Translations under genes and position numbers: made by a program
Shown: one piece after another, positions 1-9,224 of the stretch
How the letters are laid out: each line of letters starts with the position of its first letter
Position numbering within the stretch: the first letter of the stretch is position 1
NCBI GenBank assembly: GCA_036271015.1
Contig: DATBBL010000184.1
Span: 1 to 60,257 of the forward strand
Reading direction: 5' to 3'
DNA: 60,257 nt
Origin: Acidimicrobiia bacterium
GTDB lineage: Bacteria > Actinomycetota > Acidimicrobiia > IMCC26256 > DASPTH01
The notes under the pieces: model-generated
Databases searched by the model: none
The model's input: only the letters and a program-made list of their open reading frames with translations
What the model was told of the DNA's origin: nothing

Positions 1-1
1 C

Positions 2-1099
2 GTCACCATCGAGAGCTTGACCCAGAAGCTGCAGGAAGCCGCCAGCCGCCCCGTGTCCACCGCTCCGCAGGCCGCGCCGGCGCCTGCCGCAGTGGCGACC
101 GAGGTGCCGCTCCCGTCGAGTCGCGAAGACGCCGACATGCTGCAGCGCACGTTGCTGCTCGCGCAGCGCGCCGCCGACGACGCGGTGAACGAGGCGCAGA
201 CGCGCGCGCGCCAGCTGTTGGAGGAGTCGGAGGCCAAGGCGCAGTCGCTCGTCAGCGACGCGGAAGCCACCGCGCGCCGCATCGCGGAAGGTGAACGGCG
301 TCGACTCGAGGCCGAGATCCTCGACCTCTCCGCGCGCCGCGAGCAGTTGCGCGCCGACGCCGACGCGCTCGACGCGTACGCGACCGGGTACCGCGAGCGC
401 ATCCGCGCCGCGATCGAGGCCGACCTCGAGAACCTCACCGGCGACATCGAGCCGCCCGCGTCGCGACCCGAGCTCCACGACGTCGACCTGCCCGCGACGC
501 GCGGGCCGGTCGCGCTCGCCGACACGGCCGCCGAGCCCGTCCTCGATCCCGAGGCCGAGGAAGCGGTGCACGAGGTCCAGTCCGACCAGTCGGCATGGGA
601 ACCGACTCCCGACACGCGCGCGTTCGGCGCGGTCGACGCGCCGGCCACGTCGGGGTCGGCGTTCGCGGCCGAGGCATCCGCGTCGCAGTCACCCGTCGCC
701 GCGCCACCGCGACCGATGTCGGCGGAGAGCGCGCCACCGGCCGGCGAGTGGCCGCCACCGGCACCCGCGCCCGAGGCGTCGGCCTCCGCGCCCCCTGCCT
801 CGGCGGCGCCGGCCGACTCGTCGTGGCTGCCGTCCGAGGACGACTGGGCCCCCGGCGCGCCGGCATGGGACGCCCCCGCGCCCTGGGAGCGCGACACCGC
901 CGCGCACGAGCCGTTCGCCTCCGACGTCCCGATCGAGGCCAACGCCATCGACACCGACTCGCTCGACGACGACGCGTTCTTCGCGTCGCTGCGCGAGGCG
1001 GTGCGCGACGACGCCCCGCTCGGCCCGCGCGACGAGGACCAGGGCTTCTACGAGAGCGAGTCCGAGCAGGACCGTCGGCGGTTCCGCCGGCGGCGCTGA
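2..1099 (+). CDS. divIVA: DivIVA-family cell-division/polar-growth protein (5' end cut by window edge) with long Pro/Ala/Asp-rich C-terminal tail
   Basis: The frame is open from nt 2; the listed ORF 17..1099 starts at an internal TTG. The coiled-coil block LQRTLLLAQRAADDAVNEAQTRARQLLEESEAKAQSLVSDAEATARRIAEGERRRLEAEILDL is the typical DivIVA/Wag31 helix. The gene lies beside ileS as in other Actinomycetota. Confidence 0.8.
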   Translation, partial: VTIESLTQKLQEAASRPVSTAPQAAPAPAAVATEVPLPSSREDADMLQRTLLLAQRAADDAVNEAQTRARQLLEESEAKAQSLVSDAEATARRIAEGERRRLEAEILDLSARREQLRADADALDAYATGYRERIRAAIEADLENLTGDIEPPASRPELHDVDLPATRGPVALADTAAEPVLDPEAEEAVHEVQSDQSAWEPTPDTRAFGAVDAPATSGSAFAAEASASQSPVAAPPRPMSAESAPPAGEWPPPAPAPEASASAPPASAAPADSSWLPSEDDWAPGAPAWDAPAPWERDTAAHEPFASDVPIEANAIDTDSLDDDAFFASLREAVRDDAPLGPRDEDQGFYESESEQDRRRFRRRR

Positions 1100-1103
1100 C
1101 GCC

Positions 1104-4100
1104 TCAGCGCTCCACCCGCTCCAGGTCCACCGACACCGGCTCACCGTCCACGTCGACGCGCGTCACGCCGTCGTTGACCACCGGCTCCACCGCCAACTCG
1201 ACCGCCAGCACCTCGCGTGCGATCCAGTCGCGGTGCAGGTGAGCGGCAGCCTCGACCCGACCGGTCGCGCCCAGGCGCACACGGACGCGATCGGCGATGT
1301 CGAGCCCGGTGGCCTTGCGCTGGTCGTTGAGGAGCCGGATCAGGTCGCGTGCGATGCCCTCGGCGCGCAGCTCGTCGTCGACGGTCGTGTCGATGGCGAC
1401 CGCGTACGCGCCCTCCTGCGCGAGCGCGAACTCCTCGTGCGACTCGGCGCGCACCTCGACGTCGTCCGGGTCGAGCCGGACCGACGAGCCGTCGGCGAGC
1501 GCGAGGTCGTACCCACCGTCGCGCTGCAGCGCGCGTTTGACCGCGGCGACGTCGACCGCGGCCAACGCGTCCTTCACCATCGGCACCTGCTTGCCGAGCT
1601 TCGGTCCGAGGCTGCGGAAGTTCGGGTGCAGCCGCTCGTCGAGGAGGCCCTCGAGATCGGTGACCGCTCCGAGCTGCTTCACGTTGAGCGCGTCGGCGAC
1701 CTCGGCCGCGACCGCGTCGGAGAACGAACCGCCGTCGGGCAGCAGCACCAGCGCACGCCGCAGTGGTTGACGCACCTTCAGCTTGGCCTCGTTGCGCGCC
1801 GAGAGGCCGAGCGACACGACCGTGCGCGCCCGCTCCATCTCCGCCTCGAGCGCGTCGTCGCGTGCGGCGGGATCGGTCGCGGGCCAGTCCGCGAGGTGGA
1901 CCGACTCGCTCGACGACTCCAGGTTGCGGTGCAGCTCGTCGGCCAGGAACGGTGTGAACGGCGCCAGCAGGCGCGCGACGGTGGAGAGCGCCTCGTGCAG
2001 CGTCGCGTGCGCGTACGAGTCGTCCGCCTGCCAGAACCGCGCCCGCGACCGCCGGACGTACCAGTTGGAGAGGTCGTCGACGAACCGCTCGAGCGCCTGC
2101 GCGCCGCGCAGCGCGTCGAAGCCGTCGAGCGCCTCGGTCACCGTGGCGACGGTGCCGTGGAGGCGCGAGCGCACCCAGCGGTCGAGCACGTGGGTCGACG
2201 CGGCCGGGTCGTCCGCCGGTTCCGGCGCCCAGCCGTCGAGGTTGGCGTAGGTGACGAAGAACGAGTACGTGTTCCACAACGTCACCAGGAAGCGCGTCGA
2301 CTCGTCGATCGCCTCCACCGACACCCGCCGCGGCGTCCACGGTGACCCGGCGGAGAAGAAGTTCCACCGCAGCGCGTCGGCCCCGCGAGTGTCGAGCACC
2401 GTCCAGGGGTCGATGACGTTGCCCTTCGACTTCGACATCTTCTGGCCGTCCTTGTCGACGACCAGCGCCAGGCAGACCACGTTGCGGTACGGGCTCTCGT
2501 CGAACACCAGCGTGTTGACCGCCAGCAGCGAGTAGAACCACCCACGGGTCTGGTCGATCGCCTCGCAGATGAAGTCGGCGGGGAAGCGCTGCGCGAACAG
2601 CTCCTCGTGCTCGAAGGGGTAGTGGAACTGCGCCGCGGGCATCGCGCCGGAATCGAACCACGCGTCGAGCACCGGTTCGACGCGTCGGGCACCCGGTTGC
2701 TCGCACTTCGGGCACTCGATGGTGACGTCGTCGACCGCGGGCCGGTGCAGGTCGAGGTCGGCGAGATCGCGGCCCGAGCGCTCGGCCAGCTCCGCCACCG
2801 ACCCGACGCAGGTGTCGGTCCCGCAGTCGTCGCAGCGCCACACCGGCAGCGGGGTGCCCCAGAAACGGTCGCGCGAGAGTGCCCAGTCGACGTTGTTCTC
2901 CAGCCAGTCGCCGAAGCGGCCGTGCTTGATGTGCTCCGGGTGCCACCCGATCGACTCGTTCTCGCGCAGCATCTCGGCCTTGCGCGCCGAGGTGCGCGCG
3001 AACCAGGTGGGCTTGGCCCAGTAGATGAGCGGTGTGCCGCACCGCCAGCAGTGGGGGTAGGAGTGCGTGTAGTCGACCAGGCGCTCCAGTCGGCCGGCCG
3101 CCGCCAGCACGTCGACGATCGCGGGGTCGGCGTCCTTCACGAACATGCCCGTCCACGGTGTGCTGCCCGCGGGGGTGTCGACGAACGTCGCCGCGGGCCC
3201 CACCGGGTTCAACATCGGCAGGCCCTCCGCGTCGGCCACCTCGCGGTCGATCTCGCCGAACGCGGGCGCGAGGTGCACGATGCCGGAGCCGTCGTCGACG
3301 GTCACGAAGTCGGCGGCGACCACCCGCGCGCCCGACTCCGGGAGCGCGAGGAAGTCGAGCGGGCGCTCGTACCGGAGGCCGACGAGGTCGGACACCGCGA
3401 CCGTTCCGACGACCTCGGCGTCGTCACCGAGCACGTCGGCGACCCGCGCCGCCGCCATCACCAGGTCGCGCCCGCCCGGCGCGGTGGCGCCCCGGACCCG
3501 CACGTACTCGACGTCGGGCCCCACCGCGGCGCCGACGTTCGAGACCAGCGTCCAGGGGGTGGTCGTCCACACGAGGAGGTCGAAGTCGCGGCCGACGACC
3601 GGGAAGCGCACGTAGACCGACGGGTCGGTGATGTCCTGGTAGGCGCCGGGTTGGCCGAGCTCGTGGCTCGACAGCGCGGTGCCGCAGCGCCCGCAGTAGG
3701 GCACCACCTTGTGGCCCTCGTAGAGGTTGCCGGCGTCCCACATCTGGCGGAACAGCCACCACACGCTCTCGATGTACGAATTGTCGAGCGTCCAGTACGC
3801 GTCGTCGGTGTCGAGCCACATCCCGATGCGCTTGGTGAGCGACTCGAAGTCGGACACGTAGCGCTGCACCGATTCGCGGCACAGGCGGTTGAACTCGGCG
3901 ATGCCGAACGCCTCGACCTCGTGCTTGTTGTGGATGCCGAGCTCCTTCTCGACCTCGACCTCGACCGGGAGGCCGTGGCAGTCCCAGCCGCCCTTGCGCG
4001 CCACGTGGCGGCCCCGCATGGTGTGGAACCGCGGGTAGAGGTCCTTGAAGAGCCGGGCCCACACGTGGTGGATGCCGGGCCGGCCGTTGGCGGTGGGCGG

Positions 4101-4283
4101 CCCCTCGTAGAAGACCCACTCCGCTGCGCCGCTCCGCCGGCGCAGGCTCTCCGCGAACACGTCGTCGGCGTCCCAACGCGTCAGCACCGACTCCTCGAGC
4201 GCGACCAGGTCGAGTGAGGCGGCGACGGGTTCGAACGGCACTCCGGGATCGTACCGGCGGGCCGGTGCCGGTCCCGGCGCCAA
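1104..4283 (-). CDS. ileS: Isoleucine--tRNA ligase
   Basis: 1059-aa ORF with a class I HIGH-type region (PPTANGRPGIHHV), a KMSKS loop (KMSKSKGN), several CxxC zinc knuckles (PYCGRCG, HCWRCG, CDDCG, CPKCE) and full-length IleRS architecture. The start is uncertain: TTG 4283 or GTG 4241. Confidence 0.95.
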   Translation of the reverse strand: MAPGPAPARRYDPGVPFEPVAASLDLVALEESVLTRWDADDVFAESLRRRSGAAEWVFYEGPPTANGRPGIHHVWARLFKDLYPRFHTMRGRHVARKGGWDCHGLPVEVEVEKELGIHNKHEVEAFGIAEFNRLCRESVQRYVSDFESLTKRIGMWLDTDDAYWTLDNSYIESVWWLFRQMWDAGNLYEGHKVVPYCGRCGTALSSHELGQPGAYQDITDPSVYVRFPVVGRDFDLLVWTTTPWTLVSNVGAAVGPDVEYVRVRGATAPGGRDLVMAAARVADVLGDDAEVVGTVAVSDLVGLRYERPLDFLALPESGARVVAADFVTVDDGSGIVHLAPAFGEIDREVADAEGLPMLNPVGPAATFVDTPAGSTPWTGMFVKDADPAIVDVLAAAGRLERLVDYTHSYPHCWRCGTPLIYWAKPTWFARTSARKAEMLRENESIGWHPEHIKHGRFGDWLENNVDWALSRDRFWGTPLPVWRCDDCGTDTCVGSVAELAERSGRDLADLDLHRPAVDDVTIECPKCEQPGARRVEPVLDAWFDSGAMPAAQFHYPFEHEELFAQRFPADFICEAIDQTRGWFYSLLAVNTLVFDESPYRNVVCLALVVDKDGQKMSKSKGNVIDPWTVLDTRGADALRWNFFSAGSPWTPRRVSVEAIDESTRFLVTLWNTYSFFVTYANLDGWAPEPADDPAASTHVLDRWVRSRLHGTVATVTEALDGFDALRGAQALERFVDDLSNWYVRRSRARFWQADDSYAHATLHEALSTVARLLAPFTPFLADELHRNLESSSESVHLADWPATDPAARDDALEAEMERARTVVSLGLSARNEAKLKVRQPLRRALVLLPDGGSFSDAVAAEVADALNVKQLGAVTDLEGLLDERLHPNFRSLGPKLGKQVPMVKDALAAVDVAAVKRALQRDGGYDLALADGSSVRLDPDDVEVRAESHEEFALAQEGAYAVAIDTTVDDELRAEGIARDLIRLLNDQRKATGLDIADRVRVRLGATGRVEAAAHLHRDWIAREVLAVELAVEPVVNDGVTRVDVDGEPVSVDLERVER

Positions 4284-4380
4284 ATCGGCCCGACCGCGGC
4301 CACGGCGACCGCCGCGCGGCCTCGGAGCGCGTCGGGAACAACCCCGGCAACCAGTGCGTTACGACGGCCCGACCTGCCAC

Positions 4381-4386
4381 TACAAT
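4381..4386 (+). promoter_or_regulatory. Candidate -10 box TACAAT for the dksA-like/lspA/rluD operon
   Basis: A perfect TANNNT hexamer 25 nt upstream of ATG 4412, with SD GGGGAAG in between. Confidence 0.4.
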
Positions 4387-4411
4387 CCGGCGCTCGCTCC
4401 CAGGGGAAGTC

Positions 4412-5170
4412 ATGGCCAGAGCCGCTGCACCGAAGAAGACGATCAGGCCCAAGACGGCGGCGGTGCCGGCCGCGAAGGCGCCTTTGGCGAAGAAGGGCGC
4501 GCCCGTGAAGGTGACCGAGAAGGTCCCGGCGAAGAGCTCGGCGGTGGCGAAGAAGGCCGCGCCGGCGAAGAAGGCGGCGGTGTCCACCCCGGCCAAGAAG
4601 GCCCTCCCGGCGAAGAAGGCCCCGGCTCCCGCCGCGGCCAAGAAGGCGGCGCCGGCCAAGAAGGCCGCCCCGGCCAAGAAGGCCCCGCCGGCCAAGAAGG
4701 CGGTGGCCAAGCCGGAACCGGCGAAGAAGCCGGCCCGCAAGCCGTCGACCGTCATCTGCCCGCTCTCGGGGTTCGAGGTGAAGCCGGAGAAGCCCGGGCT
4801 GTCGCCCAAGACGGTCGAGCGCCTGCAGGCGAGCCTGCTCGAGGAGCGGGCCCGCCACGTGCAGCAGGCCGACGAGCTCGCGGCCGAGGCCGAGCAGCTC
4901 GCGGCCGAGCGCGAGGGCGGCGACACGCAGTTCGACGAGGAGTCGGGCGAGGGCGACACCATCAACATCGAGCGCGAGCGCGACCTCCTGCTCTCGGCGT
5001 CGGCCCAGCAGATCGTCGACGAGATCGACCGCGCCTTGGAGCGCATCGAGAACAAGACGTACGGCCTCTGCCTGCCCGCGGGCCGCCGCATCAGCCTCGA
5101 GCGCCTCGAGGCGCTGCCCTACGCCGAGACCTGCGTCGACTGCAAGGCTCGTGCCGAGCGACGCCGCTAG
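4412..5170 (+). CDS. DksA/TraR-family C4 zinc-finger protein with N-terminal Lys/Ala/Pro-rich histone-like tail
   Basis: ATG 4412 is preceded by GGGGAAG (SD) and by TACAAT at 4381-4386. The C-terminal half has a coiled coil plus a CPLSG...C/CxxC-type finger (YGLCLPAGRRISLERLEALPYAETCVDCK), typical of DksA/TraR. The N-terminal ~110 aa are AKKAAPAKK-type repeats. The position between ileS and lspA is conserved in Actinomycetota. Confidence 0.85.
   Translation: MARAAAPKKTIRPKTAAVPAAKAPLAKKGAPVKVTEKVPAKSSAVAKKAAPAKKAAVSTPAKKALPAKKAPAPAAAKKAAPAKKAAPAKKAPPAKKAVAKPEPAKKPARKPSTVICPLSGFEVKPEKPGLSPKTVERLQASLLEERARHVQQADELAAEAEQLAAEREGGDTQFDEESGEGDTINIERERDLLLSASAQQIVDEIDRALERIENKTYGLCLPAGRRISLERLEALPYAETCVDCKARAERRR
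4430..4750 (+). repeat. Coding low-complexity tandem repeats (AAGAAGGC[GC]GC[GC]CCGGCC units) encoding (A/P)KKAAPAKK
   Basis: Direct reading of repeated gccaagaaggcggcgccggccaagaaggccgccccggccaagaaggcc strings. Confidence 0.8.
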
Positions 5171-5681
5171 CGGCAGCGATCCCGCGCCACCGTCGCGGCC
5201 CACGGGCCGACCACTGCTCGCGACCGCGATCGTGCTCGGCGTCGTCGTGCTCGACCAGCTCTCGAAGCTCTGGGCCGTGCGCGACCTGGCCGACGGTCCG
5301 ATCACGGTGATCGGCGACGACATCGGCTTCGCGCTCACCCGCAACACCGGCAGCGCGTTCAGCCTGTTCCAGGCGTTCACGCCCCTGCTCGCGATCGTCG
5401 CCATCGGGGTGGCGGTGCTGCTCGTGCGGGCGGTGCGCCGCACCCGCGACCCGCTCATGGTCATCGGCCTCTCGCTGGTGCTCGGGGGTGCGCTCGGCAA
5501 CCTGATCGACCGCCTGTTCCGGTCGCCCGGCTTCCTGAAGGGTGCGGTCGTCGACTTCGTGCACGTGGGCAGCTTCCCGACGTTCAACGTCGCCGACTCC
5601 GCGATCACGATCGGTGCGGTCATCATCGTGATCTGGGCGGTGCGCACCGACCTGATCGAGCAACGCGCGGCGCGTGGTTGA
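5151..5681 (+). CDS. lspA: Lipoprotein signal peptidase (signal peptidase II)
   Basis: Four hydrophobic segments plus the motifs VLDQLSK, NTGSAFS, GGALGNLIDR and VVDFV...FPTFNVADSAITIG. GTG start overlaps the upstream gene by 20 nt. Confidence 0.9.
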   Translation: MPSDAASGSDPAPPSRPTGRPLLATAIVLGVVVLDQLSKLWAVRDLADGPITVIGDDIGFALTRNTGSAFSLFQAFTPLLAIVAIGVAVLLVRAVRRTRDPLMVIGLSLVLGGALGNLIDRLFRSPGFLKGAVVDFVHVGSFPTFNVADSAITIGAVIIVIWAVRTDLIEQRAARG

Positions 5682-6598
5682 CGCCGGTGCCTGAGGAGTT
5701 CGCGGTCCCCGCCGCGCTGGCGGGGGAGCGGGTCGACCGCGCGGTGGCACTGCTGACCGGTTGGACCCGCAGCGAGGTGCAGGCCCTGGTCGACGCCGGC
5801 TCGGTTCTGGTCGACGGCGAGCAGGTGGCCAAGAGCCGGCGGCTCCACGCCGACGACGTGATCGAGGTGCTGGCGGAGCCGGCGGCGCCCGGGCTCCCGC
5901 GACCCGACCCGACGGTCCCGGTGGTCGTGCGGTACGAGGACGCCGATGTCGCGGTCGTCGCCAAGCCGGCGGGCCTGGTGGTCCACCCCGGAGCCGGTCA
6001 TCCCGACGGCACGTTGGTGAACGGCCTCCTGGCGCGCTACCCGGAGCTGGCCGACGTGGGCGATCCGGCGCGCCCGGGGATCGTCCACCGGCTCGACCGC
6101 GACACCAGCGGCCTCCTCGTGGTGGCGCGGACGGCGCCGGCGTACGACGCGTTGGTGGCGATGCTCGCCGCCCACGACGTCGAACGGCGCTACGACGCGC
6201 TCGTCTGGGGCACGCCGGCCTCGGCGCGCGGCGTGATCGACGCGCCCATCGGTCGCTCGGTGCGGCGCCCGACGCGCATGGCGGTGCGAGAGGGCGGTCG
6301 GACCGCCCGCACCACGTACGAGGTCGTCGCCTCGTACCGCGACCCCGCGGTGTCGCGGCTCGAGTGCCGGCTGGAGACCGGCCGGACCCACCAGATCCGC
6401 GTGCACCTGCAGGCCATTGGGCACCCGGTCGTGGGCGACGCCGCCTACGGGGGGAGCCGTCCGCTGCTGGTGCTCGACCGCCCGTTCCTCCACGCCGGGG
6501 GACTGGCGTTCGCGCACCCGATCACCGGCGACCCGGTGCGGATCGAGGAGGCGCTCACCGCCGACCTGGTCGACGTCCTCGCCCGACTGGAGGCGTGA
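5678..6598 (+). CDS. rluD: RluA-family 23S rRNA pseudouridine synthase (RluD-like)
   Basis: N-terminal S4-like domain and catalytic motif HRLDRDTSGLLVVA; also HQIRVH. TTGA start/stop overlap with lspA. Confidence 0.9.
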   Translation: MTPVPEEFAVPAALAGERVDRAVALLTGWTRSEVQALVDAGSVLVDGEQVAKSRRLHADDVIEVLAEPAAPGLPRPDPTVPVVVRYEDADVAVVAKPAGLVVHPGAGHPDGTLVNGLLARYPELADVGDPARPGIVHRLDRDTSGLLVVARTAPAYDALVAMLAAHDVERRYDALVWGTPASARGVIDAPIGRSVRRPTRMAVREGGRTARTTYEVVASYRDPAVSRLECRLETGRTHQIRVHLQAIGHPVVGDAAYGGSRPLLVLDRPFLHAGGLAFAHPITGDPVRIEEALTADLVDVLARLEA

Positions 6599-6627
6599 CG
6601 CAGCTGGGCGTGGTCGTGCGCCGAGGT

Positions 6628-6846
6628 TCAGTCGTCGGCGTCGGCGCCCGGCGGGGTCGTGGTGGCCGGCGCCGCCGCGGGGAGGACGTGCGCCTCCACC
6701 GTCGTCTGGCGCGAGTCGAGTCGCCCGACGGGGGAGTCGGGCTCGGTCACGCCGAACAAGCCGAAGTTGGCGCCGAGGCCCACGGTGGTCGCGAACGCGG
6801 TGATCGTCACCGCCCCCGCGGTCGCCAGCAACTTGCGTCGTTCCAC
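6628..6846 (-). CDS. Small (72 aa) predicted secreted protein with twin-arginine-like signal peptide
   Basis: MERRKLLATAGAVTITAFA looks like an RR-x-LL Tat-type signal with an AxA site. Nearly every codon ends in G/C, a strong coding signature for this genome. No recognisable domain. Confidence 0.55.
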   Translation of the reverse strand: MERRKLLATAGAVTITAFATTVGLGANFGLFGVTEPDSPVGRLDSRQTTVEAHVLPAAAPATTTPPGADADD

Positions 6847-7036
6847 GCGGCTCGTCCTCGGATTCGGCCGTACCTGCGGGAGGACGAAACATCCTCCGCC
6901 GCCCTATCGGCCGACGCGCGCTCCGGGTGAAGTCCGTGTGACGCACGACCCCGATCGCCGGGAATTCTTCGTCAAGCGACGGCGGCATCCTGCCGACCTC
7001 CTGTGAGGGTGCCGCCCACCGGAAAGTGCTGTCACC

Positions 7037-7759
7037 ATGCGAGTCCTGATCGTCGAGGACGACGACGCCATCGCCCGACCCCTCGCCAAGGGCCTCGAGC
7101 GCGAGGGCCTCGACGTCGACCGGGTCGAGACCGGCAGCGACGCGCTCGACCACAGCGCGACCGGTGACTTCGACGTCGTGCTGCTCGACCTCGGACTGCC
7201 CGATCGCGACGGGTTCGACGTGTGCCGCGAGCTGCGCGCCCGCTCCGACGTCCCCATCATCGTGGTCACCGCCCGGTCCGAGGAGGTCGACCGGGTGGTC
7301 GGGCTCGAGCTCGGCGCCGACGACTACATCGTGAAGCCGTTCGGCTTCCGCGAGCTGGTGGCGCGGATCCGGGCCGTCGCCCGGCGGCGTGCTCCCGTCC
7401 CCACGACGGCGGGGGACGACGTCGCCGCCGGCAACGGCAACGGGCACGGTGGGGAGCACGGGTCCGTGGTCGAGGTGGGCACGCTCACCGTCGACCGGCG
7501 GACGCGACGGGTCACGGTCGACGGCAACCCGGTGGCGTTGACGCCGAAGGAGTTCGACCTGCTCGCCTTCCTCGCCGACGACGCCGGCGCGGTGCGCCCG
7601 CGGCAGGAGCTGCTCGAGAACGTGTGGGACCCGCACTGGTACGGGCCCACCAAGACGCTCGACGTGCACGTCGCGTCGTTGCGCAAGAAGTTGGGCGACC
7701 CGGGATGGATCGAGACGGTGCGCGGGGTGGGCTTCCGGTTGCGCGCCCTCACCGAGTGA
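7037..7759 (+). CDS. OmpR/PhoB-family response regulator
   Basis: Receiver domain (MRVLIVEDDD, LLDLGLPDRDG, VKPF) and C-terminal winged helix (LTPKEFDLLAFLA...VRGVGFRL). Unusually long Gly/His-rich interdomain linker (AAGNGNGHGGEHGS). Confidence 0.92.
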   Translation: MRVLIVEDDDAIARPLAKGLEREGLDVDRVETGSDALDHSATGDFDVVLLDLGLPDRDGFDVCRELRARSDVPIIVVTARSEEVDRVVGLELGADDYIVKPFGFRELVARIRAVARRRAPVPTTAGDDVAAGNGNGHGGEHGSVVEVGTLTVDRRTRRVTVDGNPVALTPKEFDLLAFLADDAGAVRPRQELLENVWDPHWYGPTKTLDVHVASLRKKLGDPGWIETVRGVGFRLRALTE

Positions 7760-7769
7760 CGGCCGCTCC

Positions 7770-9224
7770 GTGAAGCGACGCCTGCTCTTCAGCTACCTCT
7801 CCATCACCGCCTTCGTCCTCCTGGTGCTGGAGATCCCGCTGGGCGTGTCGTACGCCAATTCCGTCGAGCGCCGGCTCACCAGCGACCTGCAGCACGACGC
7901 CTTCTCGCTCGCCATCCGGTCACAGGAGCCGCTCGACCGGGCCGACGCCGGCGCGGGTGCGGCCGAGACGCGCGCGCTCCAGGCGCTCGCCGACCGCTAC
8001 CACTCGGACGCCGGCGGACGCGTCGTGATCATGGACGCGCATGGGCGCAGCGTGGCCGACTCCGACACGTCGATCGCGATCGGGCGTGACTTCTCGACCC
8101 GGCCCGAGGTGCGACAGGCGCTCGGCGGGGCCGAGGTGAGCGGCACCCGCTCGTCGGCGACGTTGGGCACCAAGCTCCTCTACGTGGCGCTCCCGGTCGG
8201 ATCGGCCGGCGGGATCCAGGGCGCGGTGCGCATCACGTATCCCGCCTCGGTGATCGACGACCAGATCCGCCACATCTGGCTGCTGCTGGCGGCGACCGGT
8301 GGCGTCGTGCTCGGCATCGTGTTCCTGGTCAGCCTGCTCCTCTCCGGCTCGATGACCAGGCCGCTCGCCGATCTCGAGACCGCCGCCGGTGCGCTGGGCG
8401 CGGGTGACCTCTCGGCGCGCGCCGAGGTGCCCAAGGGCCCGGCCGAGCTCACCGTGCTGGCGGAGTCGTTCAACGCGACCGCGGCGCGCCTGGAGCAGCT
8501 CGTGGGCGCCCAGCGGGGCTTCGTGGCCGACGCGTCCCATCAGCTGCGCACGCCGCTCGCGGCCATGCGCCTCCGGCTCGAGAACCTCGAAGCCGACGTC
8601 GACGGCGCCGCCGCCGAGGACCTCGAGGGTGCCCTGGCCGAGGTGTCGCGGCTGTCGCGGCTCGTCGACGGCCTGCTCGTGCTCATGCGGGCCGAGCAGT
8701 CGACGTCCGATCCGGCGCCGGTCGTGGTCGAGGACGTGCTCGACGGCCGGTGCGACGCGTGGGACGCGTTCGCGGCGGAGAAGCACGTGCAGATCGACGC
8801 GTCGGTGGCGGGCACGCCGGTGGCGTCGGCGACGCCGGGGCGCCTGGAGCAGGTCGTCGACAACCTCCTGAACAACGCGCTCGAGGTGGCGCCCCCCGGG
8901 AGCGCGGTGCGCGTCGTGGCCGGGAGCGTCGGCGACTGGGTCGAGCTGCGGGTCAGTGACGCGGGGCCCGGGATGTCGGCCGAGGAGCGCGCCCACGCGT
9001 TCGAGCGGTTCTGGCAGTCGGGTGAGGCCCGGCGCGACGGTCGCCCCAACGGTCACTTCGGGCTCGGGCTCTCGATCGTGCGCGAGCTCGTGGTGGGTGA
9101 CGGTGGTGACGTCGCGCTGGCGCCGTCGGACACCGGCGGCCTCGAGGTCGTGGTGCGGATGAAGCGGAGCGACGCCGCGGTGGCGCCGCGTGCCCGTCAG
9201 CTCTCGACGGCCTCGGCGACTTGA
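7770..9224 (+). CDS. Sensor histidine kinase (two TM, ~150-aa extracytoplasmic sensor, HAMP, HisKA, HATPase_c)
   Basis: H-box FVADASHQLRTPLAAM, N-box NLLNNALEV, G-boxes SDAGPGM and GLGLSIV. Starts 11 nt after the regulator stop. Confidence 0.92.
   Translation: MKRRLLFSYLSITAFVLLVLEIPLGVSYANSVERRLTSDLQHDAFSLAIRSQEPLDRADAGAGAAETRALQALADRYHSDAGGRVVIMDAHGRSVADSDTSIAIGRDFSTRPEVRQALGGAEVSGTRSSATLGTKLLYVALPVGSAGGIQGAVRITYPASVIDDQIRHIWLLLAATGGVVLGIVFLVSLLLSGSMTRPLADLETAAGALGAGDLSARAEVPKGPAELTVLAESFNATAARLEQLVGAQRGFVADASHQLRTPLAAMRLRLENLEADVDGAAAEDLEGALAEVSRLSRLVDGLLVLMRAEQSTSDPAPVVVEDVLDGRCDAWDAFAAEKHVQIDASVAGTPVASATPGRLEQVVDNLLNNALEVAPPGSAVRVVAGSVGDWVELRVSDAGPGMSAEERAHAFERFWQSGEARRDGRPNGHFGLGLSIVRELVVGDGGDVALAPSDTGGLEVVVRMKRSDAAVAPRARQLSTASAT

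Noticed and set aside
4242-4411. T-box riboswitch leader upstream of ileS (known to regulate ileS in many Actinomycetota)
   Set aside because: I read the minus-strand leader and found only an AUU in a possible loop and loose resemblance (GCCGGUACG). The conserved T-box core (GGUGGUACCGCG with a UGGN bulge) is absent. I cannot support the call by eye; a covariance-model search (Rfam T-box) on 4200-4420 minus strand would settle it.
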